64,000 nucleotides of DNA from Eubacteriales bacterium (lineage in GTDB: Bacteria; Bacillota; Clostridia; Oscillospirales; CAG-272), in assembly GCA_045633625.1 (NCBI GenBank), contig JAZQYP010000016.1, forward strand, positions 6,059 through 70,058. The letters run 5' to 3'. Shown here in pieces: positions 63,635 to 64,000 of this stretch. Every line of letters begins with the position of its first letter. The first letter of the stretch is position 1. The position numbers and the translations under genes are program-made. The notes under the pieces are model-generated. The model did not search any database, was not told the origin of the DNA, and worked only from the letters and a program-made list of their open reading frames with translations.

Positions 63635-64000
63635 ATGGAATATGTAGTTATAATAATACTTATGGTCGTGCTCTCGGCGTATTTTTCGGCGTCGGAGACC
63701 TCCTTTAACGCATCAAACACGATGCGTCTTAAAAGGGCGGCCGAGGCAGGAAGCAAGACGGCAAGGATAGCCTACAAGATATCCGAGGACTTTACCACTG
63801 CCCTTTCCGCCATCCTTATAGGAAACAACCTCGCGAACATCGCGGCGTCGACCGCCGCTACCGTCGTGACGGTAAACTTCCTTCTCTCGCTTGATTTTGA
63901 TAACGACGGACTTGCGTCGGTAATCTCCACTATAGGAATGACGCTTATCATTCTTATCTTCGGCGAGATAGTACCCAAGATAATTGCAAAGAACAACGCT
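63635..64000 (+). CDS. Second CNNM/DUF21 family protein, partial (runs off the right edge; not in the ORF track)
   Basis: The ATG at 63635 follows AAGGAGG. My translation is MEYVVIIILMVVLSAYFSASETSFNASNTMRLKRAAEAGSKTARIAYKI...ILIGNNLANIAAS...FGEIVPKIIAKNNA. Confidence 0.8.
   Translation, partial: MEYVVIIILMVVLSAYFSASETSFNASNTMRLKRAAEAGSKTARIAYKISEDFTTALSAILIGNNLANIAASTAATVVTVNFLLSLDFDNDGLASVISTIGMTLIILIFGEIVPKIIAKNNA

Overview
This 64-kb segment looks like the chromosome of a Gram-positive anaerobe, probably Clostridia (Oscillospiraceae/Ruminococcaceae-like). That placement is an inference from gene content and codon style. I count about 55 protein genes and one tRNA-Ser(GCU). I saw no rRNA, CRISPR array, transposase or intact prophage. 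Most of the window is housekeeping: RNase J, YceD-L32, dUTPase, pyruvate:ferredoxin oxidoreductase, a class Ia Ile-type tRNA ligase, pyruvate formate-lyase with its activase, rubrerythrin, AspRS, EF-P, DeoC, a ThrE exporter pair, CNNM/DUF21 proteins and a PadR-DUF1700-DUF4097 cluster. Six things deserve a second look. (1) Three same-orientation copies (40997-41220, 45047-45235, 55575-55763) of a 190-225 bp intergenic repeat have imperfect terminal inverted repeats and a GC-rich four-way-junction core; its two sub-hairpins are swapped in one copy and expanded in another. (2) A surface-protein island holds a three-gene operon (31470-39864). Two of its products end in the same tail (acidic linker, G-C-G, hydrophobic helix, basic residues), which resembles a C-terminal sorting signal, and no sortase-like gene is in the window. 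(3) A lipoprotein gene of more than 2115 aa at 1-6345 (minus strand) is missing from the ORF track because it runs off the window. It carries two CotH kinase-like modules created by a large intragenic duplication. (4) An orphan switch at 10403-11747 pairs a CI/LexA-type autocleavable repressor with a divergent Cys-rich miniprotein and a sigma-region-4-like factor. (5) An operon at 7643-9665 encodes DUF5685, a J-domain protein with a cysteine-string tail, and a membrane protein. (6) Nested inverted and direct partial copies of the tRNA-Ser 3' end lie just downstream of that tRNA, next to iteron-like 12-mers. Function calls rest on motifs I read from the translations. No database search was possible, so family names need HMM confirmation.
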